A DNA stretch of 64,000 nt from Squalus acanthias (lineage: Eukaryota), in contig CM059426.1 of assembly GCA_030390025.1 (NCBI GenBank), forward strand, positions 60,078,001 through 60,142,000. Reading direction: 5' to 3'. This document shows, one piece after another, positions 21,785 through 33,719 of the stretch; position 1 is the stretch's first letter; every line of letters begins with the position of its first letter. A program made the position numbers and the translations under genes. The notes beneath the pieces were generated by a model. It had not been told where the DNA came from. It did not search any database and worked only from the letters and a program-made list of their open reading frames with translations.

Positions 21785-22955
21785 CGTTTCGATTTTCGAT
21801 TAGGCCTTCTGAACTTAACATTGACTTCAACAATTTCAGACCATAAACACCGCTCCCGTTTTTTCGGACAGCAGGTGCTGATAATGGTTCTGCTGTTGCC
21901 ATTTACACCTCCTCTAGACCCATCTTTCGTTTCTTTACTTGTCCCATTACCATCCCCTTTTGCCTTGTAGCATTATCCCTTTTGTCATTTAATCTCTCCT
22001 GCCTTCCACCCTATCACGCACTTACCCTTTTTTCTTTCCTCCCCCTCCCCCACCTTTTCCCTGTCTCTGTACTTGCTTAAAACATTTTACATCTCTAACT
22101 TTTGCCATTTCTGACAAAAGGTCATTGACCTGAAACGTTGGCCACGATATTTACTGCAGGCGGCAGGAGTTTGGATCGGGAAACCCAGAAGTCTGGGTTC
22201 CCCCGAACATTATGGAGTTTTGACTCCACGACGTGCATGAGTTTTTTTTAATATGTTCCCCGCACAGAAGCCAGCCTGATTGACAGGCTTGGCTCCCTGT
22301 CGGGCGGGGAACGCTGCAGAAAAGGCCGTAGCCCAGGAGCAGGTAGGTTTCCTTGCTCCTCGGGGTAGAGATCGTGGGGTGGGGTGGTTTGGAAGGTTGA
22401 GGGGGTGATTGTGGGGGGTCAGAGAAAGATCGGAGGCAGAGATTGGGGGTCGGGGGTGTAATTGATTGCGGGGGAGTCGGTGATCACAGGGGCAAGGGGG
22501 GGTCCAATCATGGGAAAGGAAGCAGGTTAGCTTGGGGGCCCGGGGGGAAGCACTCCTGCTCCTCCTGGCCCACAAGCAGTGCTGGAAAAGCACTTACTTC
22601 TTCCATGCTGCAGTCCTCACCTCCCTTTAGCTGCCAGGATTTCCGAGGCCCGGGAAACCCAACCAGCCAGTGTTAAAGCTGGAAGGGAGATAAAATATGG
22701 GACACGCAGCCTCATTAAAATATTTAAATGAGCGACCCACCTCCTGGGAGCGGGTTGGTCACCAGGCCCCCCATCCCGCCACTGTTAAAACCGGAAGTGG
22801 GTGGGTTCGATTCGGGATTGAGATTTAAAAATTTTAACATCCTACCGACCCGAACCCACCCATTTTTGGAGGTTAAAATTACCCCAATAGACTCTGTTTC
22901 TCTCTCCACAAATGCTGCCTGACCTGTTGAATATTTCCATCATTTTCTGTTTTAT
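21785..22955 (+). mobile_element. Penelope-like element 3' end (ORF C-terminus, 3' UTR/pLTR with hammerhead), interrupted by MITE 22140-22885
   Basis: FRLG..LNIDFNNFRP* C-terminal motif; CTGACAA-A-AGGTCA-T-TGACCT-GAAA-CG-TT at 22111-22139; resumes ACTCTGTTTCTCTCTCCAC at 22891. Confidence 0.85.
22140..22885. mobile_element. Harbinger-type MITE with asymmetric termini
   Basis: Ends GGCCACGATATTTAC / GGTTAAAATTACCCC; reverse-oriented relative of 32606-33571; interrupts a PLE consensus. Confidence 0.75.
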
Positions 22956-23929
22956 ATACAATAACATTACTGTTCCCAACAACTGTTCCTTGAGAATTCC
23001 ATATATATAGGGAAATTGCACAAATATGATTTTTTTAATGTAGCGACAGTACATGTGTAACCAACAAACAAACTCTTAACCCTTTACATACTGTCTGGAG
23101 TGGCTTTGTAACCCAAACCAAGAAAAGAGCTTTAACATTCACAAATGTGCTTTCTTTTTTCACGTTTTCCATCACTTTTCTGTCTACTGACAAGAAAATA
23201 TCCACACAAGAAGGACCCCAAATCAAGATTCCAGAGGAAGTTATTCAACACAATATGGTATTCGATAGCACCATGACCCCACATGAGCTGCTGTCTTGCC
23301 CATGTTATGTGATTGAAAAGCTAAGCAGATTTCATTTGGGTGTTGCTCTTCTGGTTTGATACAACTAGCCTATCTGCTCTTGTCATTCACAAGTTCATAT
23401 GATGATAAGAACGATTCAAAAAGACCAGAAAGAGGTGGAGGTCCTGGTGAAACAGAAGATAAAGAGAAGTAGAAGAACCAGATGGTAAACTTCCTTCTGA
23501 TATTTCTGAGTGTGATGTAGCAGACAGTGACGGAGCAAGTGAAGCATTTGCTGATAGAACCAGCAGAGAGTTGAATACCACTCCACATTATCAGTGCCAA
23601 GGAATGAGCTGCAAAGGGGAATGTACTTACAGGGCCATGAAGTTTTAGTACTAACATCAAGTCCTTGTGAGACCTTTGACGAAGTATACCAGCACACAAA
23701 TAAAAAAGATAAGCATAATTTTGACTCTGGACATTATATAGAATCCCTGGGCTTCACACTAACTTTATTTCCATCAGCCTAACTCTTCTGGTTCCTGAAG
23801 TAAAGTTAAAAGTTATTCATGTTAAAAATTCATATTTTGTGCCAAAGGTTAAGTGATGAGGGCAAAGATCAGTCACTCCTGGTTTATTTAAAATATCAAA
23901 GAAATACAATTGGTTAAAGCAAACCCAAG

Positions 23930-24090
23930 TGGTTAGGAATTTCCACGGGATATGCTGCCATAGATTCAGTGGAAGATCAGTGAAATCCCTGGAGAAACGG
24001 CGTAAATGGCTGTTTTTAGCCGCTTATGCTATTCTTCTGGGTGTTCTGCTGATCTTCCACTGGAGAATCCCCAACAGAAATTCCAGGTGA
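23930..24090. mobile_element. Small palindromic MITE
   Basis: GGAATTTC...GAAATTCC ends and internal CAGTGGAAGATCAG / CTGATCTTCCACTG inverted repeat. Confidence 0.65.
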
Positions 24091-24261
24091 GTGTCTATAT
24101 CCCTAATTACGGATGAAATGATAGGACAGATTCCGTGATCAGGCCAAAAGATCTGGATGCACTTACGCTGGATGAGTGCAAGCCCAAACACACCAGATTA
24201 CATGGGTTGGGTAACTAACATCATGAAAATAATCTTCCTGCATGGCTTTCTTAAAGTATCA

Positions 24262-24392
24262 GGCTTGGTTCAGTGGTATCACTCTCGCCTTTGAGCCAGA
24301 AGGTTATGGGTTCAAGCCCCACTCTAGGATTTGAGCACATAATCTAGCCCTCTCAAGATCTCCAATGGAACTATTCAAAGAAGAGCATGGCA
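24262..24392 (+). mobile_element. DeuSINE fragment (tRNA head + deleted Deu domain)
   Basis: TGGTTCAGTGGTATCACTCTCGCCTTTGAGCCAGAAGGTTATGGGTTCAAGCCCC, like the 25796 head. Confidence 0.75.
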
Positions 24393-24399
24393 TTCATAG

Positions 24400-24875
24400 A
24401 AGAGATGAGGTTGGCGAGGGTGGTGAGAGTAGCAGCTTGGGGTTAGGATGAGTGAAAGGCTGAGAGGTGGTTCATGGTGGGGAGGCTGTTACGTCGAGGT
24501 CTCATTCATTGAGAGGAAAAAGTCCACTAGCTCCTCCCATTTGGTGTTAAAGGTGAATGTGGAAGCAAGGGGGTTTCACCAGATGATTTGTCATAGAAGA
24601 AAGGAGTGGTGTGTTGTTCTTGCCTTCCAAGATGATCCTGGAGCAGTATGGGGATTTCACCCAGAGAGCAACATATGGTAATGCTTGACATGACTCAGAC
24701 AAATTTGGTGATGGGTGACCAAACCAGTTGTGCACAAGGTGCATTCAAATCTGCAGTCCTCAGACTTAAAGGTACAAAGATGGGACCCAGAATAGAGGTA
24801 CGACAATGTGGAAGATGATGAGTGACTAAGTGGTGATGAGGATATTGAAGGTAGGAGTGAGAGAACTGTTTAGCT
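24400..24875 (-). mobile_element. Degenerate LINE fragment (CR1/L2 group)
   Basis: Minus strand LTLQDHLGR..PRRNSLP..HSS*PQAATL-type degenerate coding; recognised only loosely. Confidence 0.35.
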
Positions 24876-25795
24876 GCTCAGTAAGTGTATAGATATCTCT
24901 ACTTACGGCAAATAAGATTATGTGGCAAATAAAATAGTTTGCTGATACCTTTTCATGACGATAATGCTCTTTTAAAGCACTAGTTTAATTTGATGGCTGA
25001 AATGATTAACTTAACACACTCAGGGTCTTTACTCTCAGTTTCTCAGAGCCATGAGATTTGATTGCCTTGTTATTGTTTCACAGGCATCCATTCTGGCAAA
25101 GATGTGTGTTCCACCACCGAATGAGATTATACTTGAAAAATGAAACTTAAAGAGCTCTTCAAACTTCTTCAGTCAGATCAGACAATCAGACATAATTGCA
25201 GCCTGCGTTATTCAACAGGCAGCACTCATACTTCCCCCAGCTACAGGACCAATGATTAACATCGAATAAACTGCGGAGGAGGCAGAATGCACATATATGA
25301 ATCTGGGGTTATGTAATGGTGAAAATGTTGACTGTCCTGTTTATTCAGCAACCATGTTATTAATAAATGATTGAAATGTAGTTTACATGCATCATTCATC
25401 ACTAAGAAAATAAGCACCGATAAAGCATTTTTATATAAAGGTTGACCTTTATAGATGATGGGCATTACAAAGTAGTTTGGCTGACGGTAGTTGAATTGCA
25501 TAGGGGCTGTATCTAGTTCATTGAGAATTAATTGTGCTTTTGCCATTCATATCACACATGCACATGAAACAGAATAAAATGATAATTTTAGCAGTGCCTC
25601 ATTCAATCATTTAAAGAGTCTGGCTTTGTCCTTCCATGTTCAGTATTTTGGACCAGCAAACATTTTCATCTAACTTATTTGGGGAGAATTTGCTGCTGGG
25701 TATGTGGTTGACTTTGTTACCCACTGAAAATAATGCAGCCACAGCGGTGACGGATCTAGTTTAATATATACATTTTACCACCCCTATTTAACTAT

Positions 25796-26232
25796 GTCAG
25801 CTATGGCTCAGTGGTAGCAATCTCATTCTGAGTCAGAAGGTTGTGGGTTCAAGTCTCACTCCAGAGATGTGAGCACAAAATATAGGTTGACACTCCAGTG
25901 CAATACTGAGGGCGTGCTGCACTGTCGGAGGTGCTTTCTTTTGGATGAAACATTAAACCAACAGCCCCATCTGCCCTCTCACGTGGATATAAAAAAATTC
26001 CATGGCACAGTTTCGAAGAGAAGGGCAGATCCCCCTGGTATCCTGGTCAATATATATCCTTCAATCAACTTCACCAAAACAGATTGTCTGATCATTATCA
26101 CATTGCTGTTTGTGGGACCTTGTGCGCAAACTGGCTGCTGCGTTTCCTACATTACAACAGTGACTGCACTTCAAAAGTACTTCATTGGCTTTGGGACATC
26201 CTGAGATTATGAAATGCAAGTCTTTCTTTCTG
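25796..26232 (+). mobile_element. Near full-length DeuSINE (SacSINE1-like)
   Basis: A box TGGCTCAGTGG, B box GGTTCAAGTC, Deu domain, tail AAATGCAAGTCTTTCTTTC. Confidence 0.9.
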
Positions 26233-26589
26233 TTATGCTTTTAATCAAATTGAATAGCGCTAGTGGCGTGGAAGATCCCAGAAACTACAAGCTGCATCAT
26301 ATTTCTTTTTGACCAGTATTCAGCATCCCTTGATTATGGAGAATCCATACAGTTGGAATTCTGCTCTTGGAAAGAGGGATAACATTGAAAAATATATTTT
26401 CACTGGCTAATAATGTAATAGAGTATGCTTTTGTCTGACATTCTCACCAGCCTGTTTCTTAAATCAGAAAACCAGTAACAGGGCAGCAATTGCTGTCTAT
26501 AAACACTTAATTAATAATATCACTTGTTCAGCTCAGAAAATGGCATACTGTGGGGAGATCAGGTAATAACATAAAATAATTTAAGGCAG

Positions 26590-28030
26590 AGAGCATAGGA
26601 ACAGGAGTAGGCCATTCCGCCCCCTTGAGTCTGTACGGCAATTCTATTAGATCATGGCTGATCTGTAACGCAACTCCATTGTCTGCCTTATTTCCATTTC
26701 CATTGATACCCTTACCTAACAGAAATCTATCCTATCTCAGGCTTGAAAATTTCAATTGACCCATTATCCACATCCTTTTGGGGGAGAGAGTTCTAGATTT
26801 CCACTGCCCTTTGTGTGAAAAAGTGCTTCTTGATTTGATTTCTAAATGGTCTGGTTTCAAGATTCTCCCACTAGAGGAAATCATTTCTCTGTATCTATCC
26901 TATTGAATCCATTTATCATTTGCAACATTTTAAATATTTTTTCCTCTTTCTCCACTGTCAAAACGGATACAGAATACTGATTTAACAAGTCTGTCATTTT
27001 CTTATTGTCCAGTATTATCTCACCTCCACCTGTCTGTAATGGGACTACATTCTCCTTCGTAAAATGTGTGACATCGGCTAGGCCACCCGTTAAATACCTC
27101 TCTCGATTTTCGTTACTATTGAAGTCAATGTTTAACAGGTGGCCTAGCTGATATCGCACGTTTTACACTAGCACTCAAAGTCAAAATTACCTCCTATTTC
27201 TCTTAATATATTTTAAAAGACCTTTGCTGTTAACTTTGATATTGCTTGCAAAGTTTTTTTCATATTCCCTATTACAGGAAACTTTTGTTTATCCGGCACC
27301 CAAATATCCGGAATTCTCGCTTAACCGGCAAAAATCATCCTCCGAAAACTCCTCTCAAATAACCGGCAATGTTGCCGAGTTGCAGTCAAGTCTCCGCGAA
27401 CGCCGAGTACTCCGAAAACTCCTCTCAAATAACCGACAATGTTGCCGATCCCGAGTCCGAGTCCGAGTCCGCGAACGCCGATTTAGTCAGCAGGGGTAGT
27501 TTTCAAAAGTACCCAAATACTGTATACTGCACATTTCTTGATTTATTTATTTTTCTTTGTTAAAAATAGCCTCGGTAGATATAACTCTCCGTTATCCGGT
27601 ACTTTCGATAAACCGGCACCACGCCGGTCCCGTCGGTGCCGGTTAATAAAGAGTTTCCTGTACTTTCTTTGTTTCCCTTTGTTGCTTTTTATAGCTCTCC
27701 CAGTCCTATGGATTTCCACATTTCTTTGCATTTGTGTAAGCCTTTTCTTTTAGCTTGATACTGTCTCTTACCTTCTTTGTTGACCATGGTTGCCTAACTA
27801 CACAAGTGGAGCCTTTGCCTTTTAACGATGTGTACTAGTTTGGTATCGTATCAACAAACTCTTTGAATACTTCCCACTGTTTGTCTGTAGGTTAACAGTT
27901 CAGCTCAGTTTAATGTAGTCAATTAATTTCTCTTTCCTTCAAAGTATGCCTCACTTAATTTAAAACCTATCTTTGTGACTCTTCCTGCTCCCTCTCAAAC
28001 TTAATATCAAATTCAATCCTTTTAGGGTCA
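26590..28030 (-). mobile_element. CR1-type LINE, deleted/degenerate, with nested MITEs
   Basis: 3' tail CATAGGAACAGGAGTAGGCCATTC; GEIILDNKKMTDLLNQYSVSVLTVE (CR1 ORF2 linker); continues to ~28030. Confidence 0.75.
27275..27660. mobile_element. pogo/Tigger-type (Tc1/mariner superfamily) MITE
   Basis: TA TSD on both sides; 26-bp TIR CAGGAAACTTTTGTTTATCCGGCACC (22/26 match to the other end); internal 38-bp direct repeat at 27341 and 27411. Confidence 0.88.
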
Positions 28031-28105
28031 CTATTTGCAAGATGGTTGGAGCATGATGGTTGAGTTTATGCACAAGTGTTATTCATATGCCAGGGTTAGT
28101 TCAGT

Positions 28106-28236
28106 GATCCTGCACTCCCAGTAGGGAGTTGTGCTCAAAGGGATTGCAAGTTGAAGAATTGAGGCTACAATGTTGCAGCTCTATCTTTGACCTGTGCTCC
28201 CTTTGAGCACAGCTTCCCCACTCAGAGCATGGGATT
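28106..28236. repeat. Imperfect palindrome (probable old MITE)
   Basis: GGGAGTTGTGCTCAAAGGGA...TCCCTTTGAGCACAGCTTCCC arms. Confidence 0.65.
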
Positions 28237-28469
28237 GATTCATTTACTCACAATTTTTATTCTGGAAACACAAATAAGGTTACTGAGAGGATATTATATA
28301 GAATAACAGACGGCATCAACGTACTCAAAGATCTGGTGAGAGAATAAAATCTCTTTAATAAAAGGGAGAACATGGTGCCTTAATTTACCAGTTGTCTCCC
28401 CAGTCTATTCTTCTCCAGTGTCAGACACAAAAGTTCAACCTCGACTCTACCATGCAGTCTTGTCTAAAT

Positions 28470-28802
28470 GTCACCTTGGCCCAGTTCTTCCCTCTGAGCC
28501 AGGAGGTCATGGGCTCAAGTCCCACTCCAGGTCTAGTGTGCATAATTGTTGAATGTGCTATCTTTTTGATGAGACATGAAGCCAAGCCCCAAATGTACTA
28601 GCTGCAGAAGAACTTAATCACTCTTGGTGTCCAGGTCAACATTCATCCCAAGAACAGATTATCTGGTCATTCATCCCATTTGCTGTTCCTGGGATCTTGC
28701 TGTGCCTTGCACAAGTTGGCTACCAGCTTTGTCTACATAACAACAGTGGTCACATCTTCAAAATTAATTCAATGGGTATGAAATGCTTTGGGACATCCAA
28801 TG
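28470..28802 (+). mobile_element. DeuSINE, degenerate
   Basis: CTCTGAGCCAGGAGGTCATGGGCTCAAGTCCCACTCCAG head; AACAGATTATCTGGTCATT..TTTGCTGT..GGGATCTTGCTGTG. Confidence 0.75.
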
Positions 28803-28834
28803 CGCTTGAAATAAAAGTACTACACTTTTATGTG

Positions 28835-29420
28835 AAGTTATGTTAAACTTGTATAGGACCCTGGTCAGGCCACACTTAGAGTACTGTGCACAGTTCTGGT
28901 CTCCATACTATAAATTGGACATAGAAACACTGGAGAAAGTGCAAAAAAGACTTACAAGGATGGTACCAGAACTCAGAGATTACAGCTATCAGGAAAGATT
29001 GAACAATTTGGGGCTTTTTTCTTTAGAAAGGAGAAGACTTTAAAATTATGAATGGGTTGGATAGGGTAGATGCAGAGAGAATGTTTCCACTTGTGGGAGG
29101 AGCCAAAACTAGGGGCCATAAATACAAGATAGTTACTAATAAATCCAATAGGGAAATGAGGAGAAATGTCTTTACTCAGAGAGTGGTTAGAATGTGGAAC
29201 TCGCTACCACAGAAAGTGGTTGAGGCAAATGGGTGAGATGCTTTCAAGAGGAAACCAGACGAGTACATGAGTGAAAAGGGAATAGAAAGATATGCTGAAA
29301 GGCTGAGAAGAAGCAGCTGGAATAGGATGAGACTCGTGTGGCGTATAAACATCAGCAAAGACTAGTTGGGCAGAATGGCCTGTTTCTATGCTGTATATTC
29401 TATGTAATTCTATGTAATTA
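28835..29420 (+). mobile_element. CR1-type LINE 3' end
   Basis: LYRTLVRPHLEYCAQFWSPY..LEKVQKRLTRMVPEL..FTQRVVRMWNSLP; ATTCTATGTA tail repeats. Confidence 0.92.
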
Positions 29421-29939
29421 TGTGCTGCAGTACATTTTATTCTGAGTAACAAAACACAGTGCAGAAACGGACTTGATCCAGCACACATCCAGCAAGGATA
29501 TGAATACTGTTTTCTCAGGATGTCTCAGCAACGTGCCTCTTAACCAAAGCCCAGCCCTAGGTGAATGTAACCAATGTGCTAAAAATTACTGACCCTCTCA
29601 TACTCAGCAATTAAAGCAATGCTATTAACTGCATATCTGAAGTAAATAATAACTGGATTTTCAAATATTAGTTTGCGCAAGTGTGCATACGGTGGATTAT
29701 TTGATAAATCATTGCTATGGAGATTCATTAAGATGAACAACAAGGTGCTTTCTCAATATGTAAAGGACAAGTAAGAAACATAGGTGAACGGCCAAAACCT
29801 ATAGTACAGGCTATCACCCAGGATACAAAAAGAACAAGTGAGAAGGTAAGGTGAATCAGAAGTTGCCAAGATTGGAAATTGTATTGGAAAATATATATTT
29901 TTAAGTCTAACTTCAATGTAAAATGTTTAATGCCACCAG

Positions 29940-30330
29940 CAAAGAAGGTGCGGAGGTGAGGGGGTGGTGGGGGGCTCGGAGATCATGGAGGCGGAGTCCA
30001 GTGACAGCAACGGCCCAGATTATTTTCATGGGATCCTTTGCTGGGTCTCATTGGCTCTATCGCCTGTGGAACTGATCAGATCATCCATGGTGCATGCTCC
30101 GACCAGTTCCAACCTGTACTGGCAATTTGGGCCCCAGGACCCCGATTTGCATATTAAAAGGGGCCTACCTCCTGAAAGAGGCAGGACCTTTGGGCGCCCA
30201 GCAGTAGGCCCCTTTCAAAATGACACCAGCCGCATCGTCATATTTAATGGGGCGGTATGGCTACTGACCCCATTTTGAGGTTGTTACCGTCCCATTAACG
30301 TTAGACGAAACAAGTTAAAATTAATCTCTT
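29940..30330. mobile_element. Harbinger-type MITE fragment
   Basis: CAGGACCCCGATTTGCATATT..GGGCCTACCTCCTGAAAG shared with the 6140 region; ends GTTAAAATT. Confidence 0.5.
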
Positions 30331-31009
30331 GATTTCAACAAAGCTCAAAGGAAGCAAAGCATGAACGAATAATGAATTTACAGCTTAAGAGGAATAAGAG
30401 AGGCAGGTTCTGGGGAACAAATACAAGAGAGACAAAAAAGGATATGATAGAGTGAATTTAATAATTTAAGTAGTGTTTCTTACAGGTTGTGCCCTCCAAT
30501 AACAGGTATCTCCTTTTTGTAATTTATTTTCCTGCCTCCATTTTAAGCCCTTTCATGCAATGATGCATTATCCAACCAAGGGGTGGGTAGGGGAACTGCT
30601 CAAAGGTGTCTGGCAATTGTGCTCTTCAAACAGCCGTTAAGGGGTGTGTGGGAGTAGTGTAGGCCGATTTCTCATCTCAACCAGTTGATGTTGAGAACTC
30701 CTCATGTGGGGAATTGTGAACCAAAGAGATCGGAAATATTGTGGGTGGTTTAGAGATTACAGCTTGCTGACAGTGAAAAAATAAAATAAAAACATGAGGC
30801 ATTGACAAAGTTCTATTTATACTGAGAAATCCAGGGAGAGAAAAAAACAACAGATCCCACACTCCAAGCAGGCAATGGAACATGAAGGGAAATTATTTAC
30901 CTTCTATTCATTATAGTGGGCAGAAAATCATAAGCTGTGATTTTCCACGTTGCATTCTTTACAAGCCCTCTCCCTACTTGTAGTGTAAAATGCAGAATTG
31001 TTCCTGGAA

Positions 31010-31200
31010 ACTGCAAATGCTGGAAGTCTGAAATATAAACAGAAAAAGCTGGAAATTCACAGCAAGTCAATATCCATCTGAGAGAGAGAGATAGGTAGGC
31101 TAATGGTTTGGGTTCTTGTATAAATTGTTTCACCTGAGACATTAATCTATCTTTTTCTTTCAGATGATGATCAAGTCTACTTTGCATTTTGTGTATCTGA
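31010..31200. mobile_element. Degenerate fold-back Penelope-like family 2 fragment
   Basis: Minus-strand pLTR end (TGCTGGAAGTCTGAAATATAAACAGAAAAAGCTGGAAA) followed by plus-strand ACCTGAGACATTAATCT..TTTCAGATG. Confidence 0.6.
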
Positions 31201-31219
31201 AATTTTTTTTAAAGTCCAA

Positions 31220-32111
31220 GGGGGAAAAATTCAGTTGGTTGCGCCTCCCGTTAGCGCCTTAAGAGGGCGCTAATGGGGCGCAAAGCATCTAGCGCCCAGG
31301 CGTGGCGAAGTTTGCGCCGCTCGCGAAATTAACTAGACATTTTGCGGTGGCGCTAAACACTACCGCCACGATCTCCTGCGCCGGCAGATCGTGACGTCAG
31401 TCGAGTGCGCAACGCCCCGGTATCGCCCCGGAGCGGATATTGAGTGGCGCCCCTGCCTTACCGCCTGACGCTAGCAACGACAGGTTGAGGGGAGCGTTCT
31501 GCAGTCATGAAGGGAAAGGGGGAGCGCTATTTAAAGGTGACCGCTTCCTGCCTTTTATTGTTGGTGCCATTTTTGAACTACGCATTCTGAGAGAGAGAGG
31601 GAGAGACTTCTGGAGAGATTCAACGTTGTGTGAAGGAGTTTTGGGTTCTGAGCAGCACTTTGCAGGTTCATTTTGATTTGCCATTCCTTGTATCGATTTA
31701 GAAGAGACTGTGGGGGCTTAACTCTGAGCTCTTTGCCTGGTACTCTCCTTTGTTCTTTCCAGCAGATTTGATGTGCAGGTCTCTCCAGGCCGAGATTCAA
31801 GGCTGCAATGAGCAGGATGTGGATGGAAAGCAAGATTAACCATCCCCTTTAAGAACTGGCCCGTGCCATTGTGTGTGTGTTCCATTGCTGACTGACATTA
31901 CATGAGCTTCGCCAGCGCTCTGAGTTAGCGCCTCGCTCCTCGGCCTTTGCGCCTTAAGACAGGTGTGAAGCGCCTGATTTAGCGCTCCAATCACCTCCAG
32001 GGGCGATAAAAGTCAAGTTTGCAGTCGGTGGCGATAATTAGCGCCAGGCGCTAATCTTTGCGTCCGGCCGATAATTGCGCCCCAAATGAGGTGATACTGA
32101 ATTTCTCCCTC
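31220..32111. mobile_element. Harbinger-type non-autonomous element
   Basis: TIR GGGGGAAAAATTCAG / CTGAATTTCTCCCTC; TSD CAA; arrays of TTAGCGCC/GGCGCTAA at both ends. Confidence 0.82.
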
Positions 32112-32605
32112 CAACTTCCTTGTAAAATATTTAACATTCCTACAGGCCATTGGCAATAAGGCTGAACTTGTCAGGGTAGAAATACTGTCACACAGGTAGA
32201 GGCTGTGCTTTTAAAATTGTCACAAACCTGCTTTCCAGAAAAAAAATTTGTGGAAATTGAAGTACTGTACCTTGTATGGAATATTTTTCTCTCATAGGAG
32301 ATGCTCTTTCCCCTTTGTGATATTTTAAAACTATTTTGCTGTGTTTGTGCTTAAAGGAAAATGTTTATTAATTACCACGCTCGGGGAATTGCATATTTTC
32401 TAGAAAAGAACATCTTGTGCAACAGTTTATATACTGATCACAATTCAGGACTTTATTCATCTTTATGAAAAGTATTTGGAAATTTGTTATGCTTAAATAA
32501 TGTATTTTTAAACAAAGTGAATTCATACAGGTTCAAAACAAAACGCCACAGACGGCAAGCATTGAAGATGTGTATTAAGAGCCAGTTTATGTCATTGAGC
32601 CACTG

Positions 32606-33571
32606 AGGGAGGCGCTTTAACCGGCAAAGACGGGTGGGTTTGGGGCGGGTGGGAAGGTAAAAATTTTAAAATGCTCAAACCTGACCCAACCCACTTCGAA
32701 CCCACCCTCTTCCGATTTTAATGGAGGTGAGTCGGGAGCCGGGCGACCAATCTGCTCTCAGGAGGCGCTCACTGAAATATTTTAAGGAGGCTGTGTGCCT
32801 TCATTTTAACAGCATTTTTATTTTTAACTCATGGAGGTCAGGATTCCCAGGCCTCAGGAATCCCAGCAACTAAAAGGAGGTGAGAAGGACTGGATCCATG
32901 AGGTAAGTGCATGCCTTTATTGCACTGCTTGTGGGCCAGGAGAGGCAGGAGTGTTTCCCCCGGCCCAACAAGCTTACCTATAAACACCCCAAGATGGGAC
33001 CCCTTGATCGGCTGACGCCCACTGCCCCACTATGTCCCATTCACACCCCCCCACAATGTCCAATTCTCCCCCACCCTTTCACAATGTCCGATTCACTCCC
33101 ACCTCAGCTGCGATGTCTGATTCACCCGCCCCCCCCCCTCCCCGCAATGCCTGACCCCCACCGGCCCCTCCAGGAAGCCTTTGGCCACCCCCCTGCCAAG
33201 CACAGACTCTCTCTCCCCCGACCCAATCATCGATCTCCTCCCCTCCAGCCCGATGTCCTCTCTCCCAAACAAACCACGATGGCCGACCTTCACCTTCCGC
33301 CACGATGGCCGATCTTCCCCCCCCCCTTGCCCGGTTGGTGGGACTGTCCCCAAGAATCCTAGGCTGTGGCCTCCTGCCACTGGTTTTCCCTCCTGGCCTC
33401 TGGCCAGGCTGTCAATTTGGTTGACTGCTGGACAGGAAATGGATCCAAAGAATGATAACATGGTCCTGTCATTAAGATCGACAAGGCCTCCACGTCCCCA
33501 GCCTTGCCGGGTTCTTCGGCCGTTTCCGGCCTCCCCCACACCCTCACCACCTTCCCGTAAATATCGGGGCC
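32606..33571. mobile_element. Harbinger-type MITE with C-rich core
   Basis: Left ..TTTAACCGGCAAAGACGGGTGGGT, right GTAAATATCGGGGCC; same family as 22140-22885 in the opposite orientation. Confidence 0.75.
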
Positions 33572-33719
33572 ATGAAATCCAGTTCAGATCACGAGGGAGT
33601 CCTATTGTTACATGTCTAGGTTACACTTTCGTATAATTAGTGTAAGACACTTGGACCACTTACGGGAGAGGCTAGCATCACTATACCCGAGATTATCTAC
33701 AGCAAGACCCAAAACATGT

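Noticed and set aside
25796-25870. tRNA gene
   Set aside because: A/B boxes are the head of a DeuSINE; no complete cloverleaf, and it continues into the Deu domain.
27341-27480. CRISPR-like repeat-spacer
   Set aside because: Only two 38-bp repeats inside a TA-flanked MITE in a vertebrate context; no cas genes.
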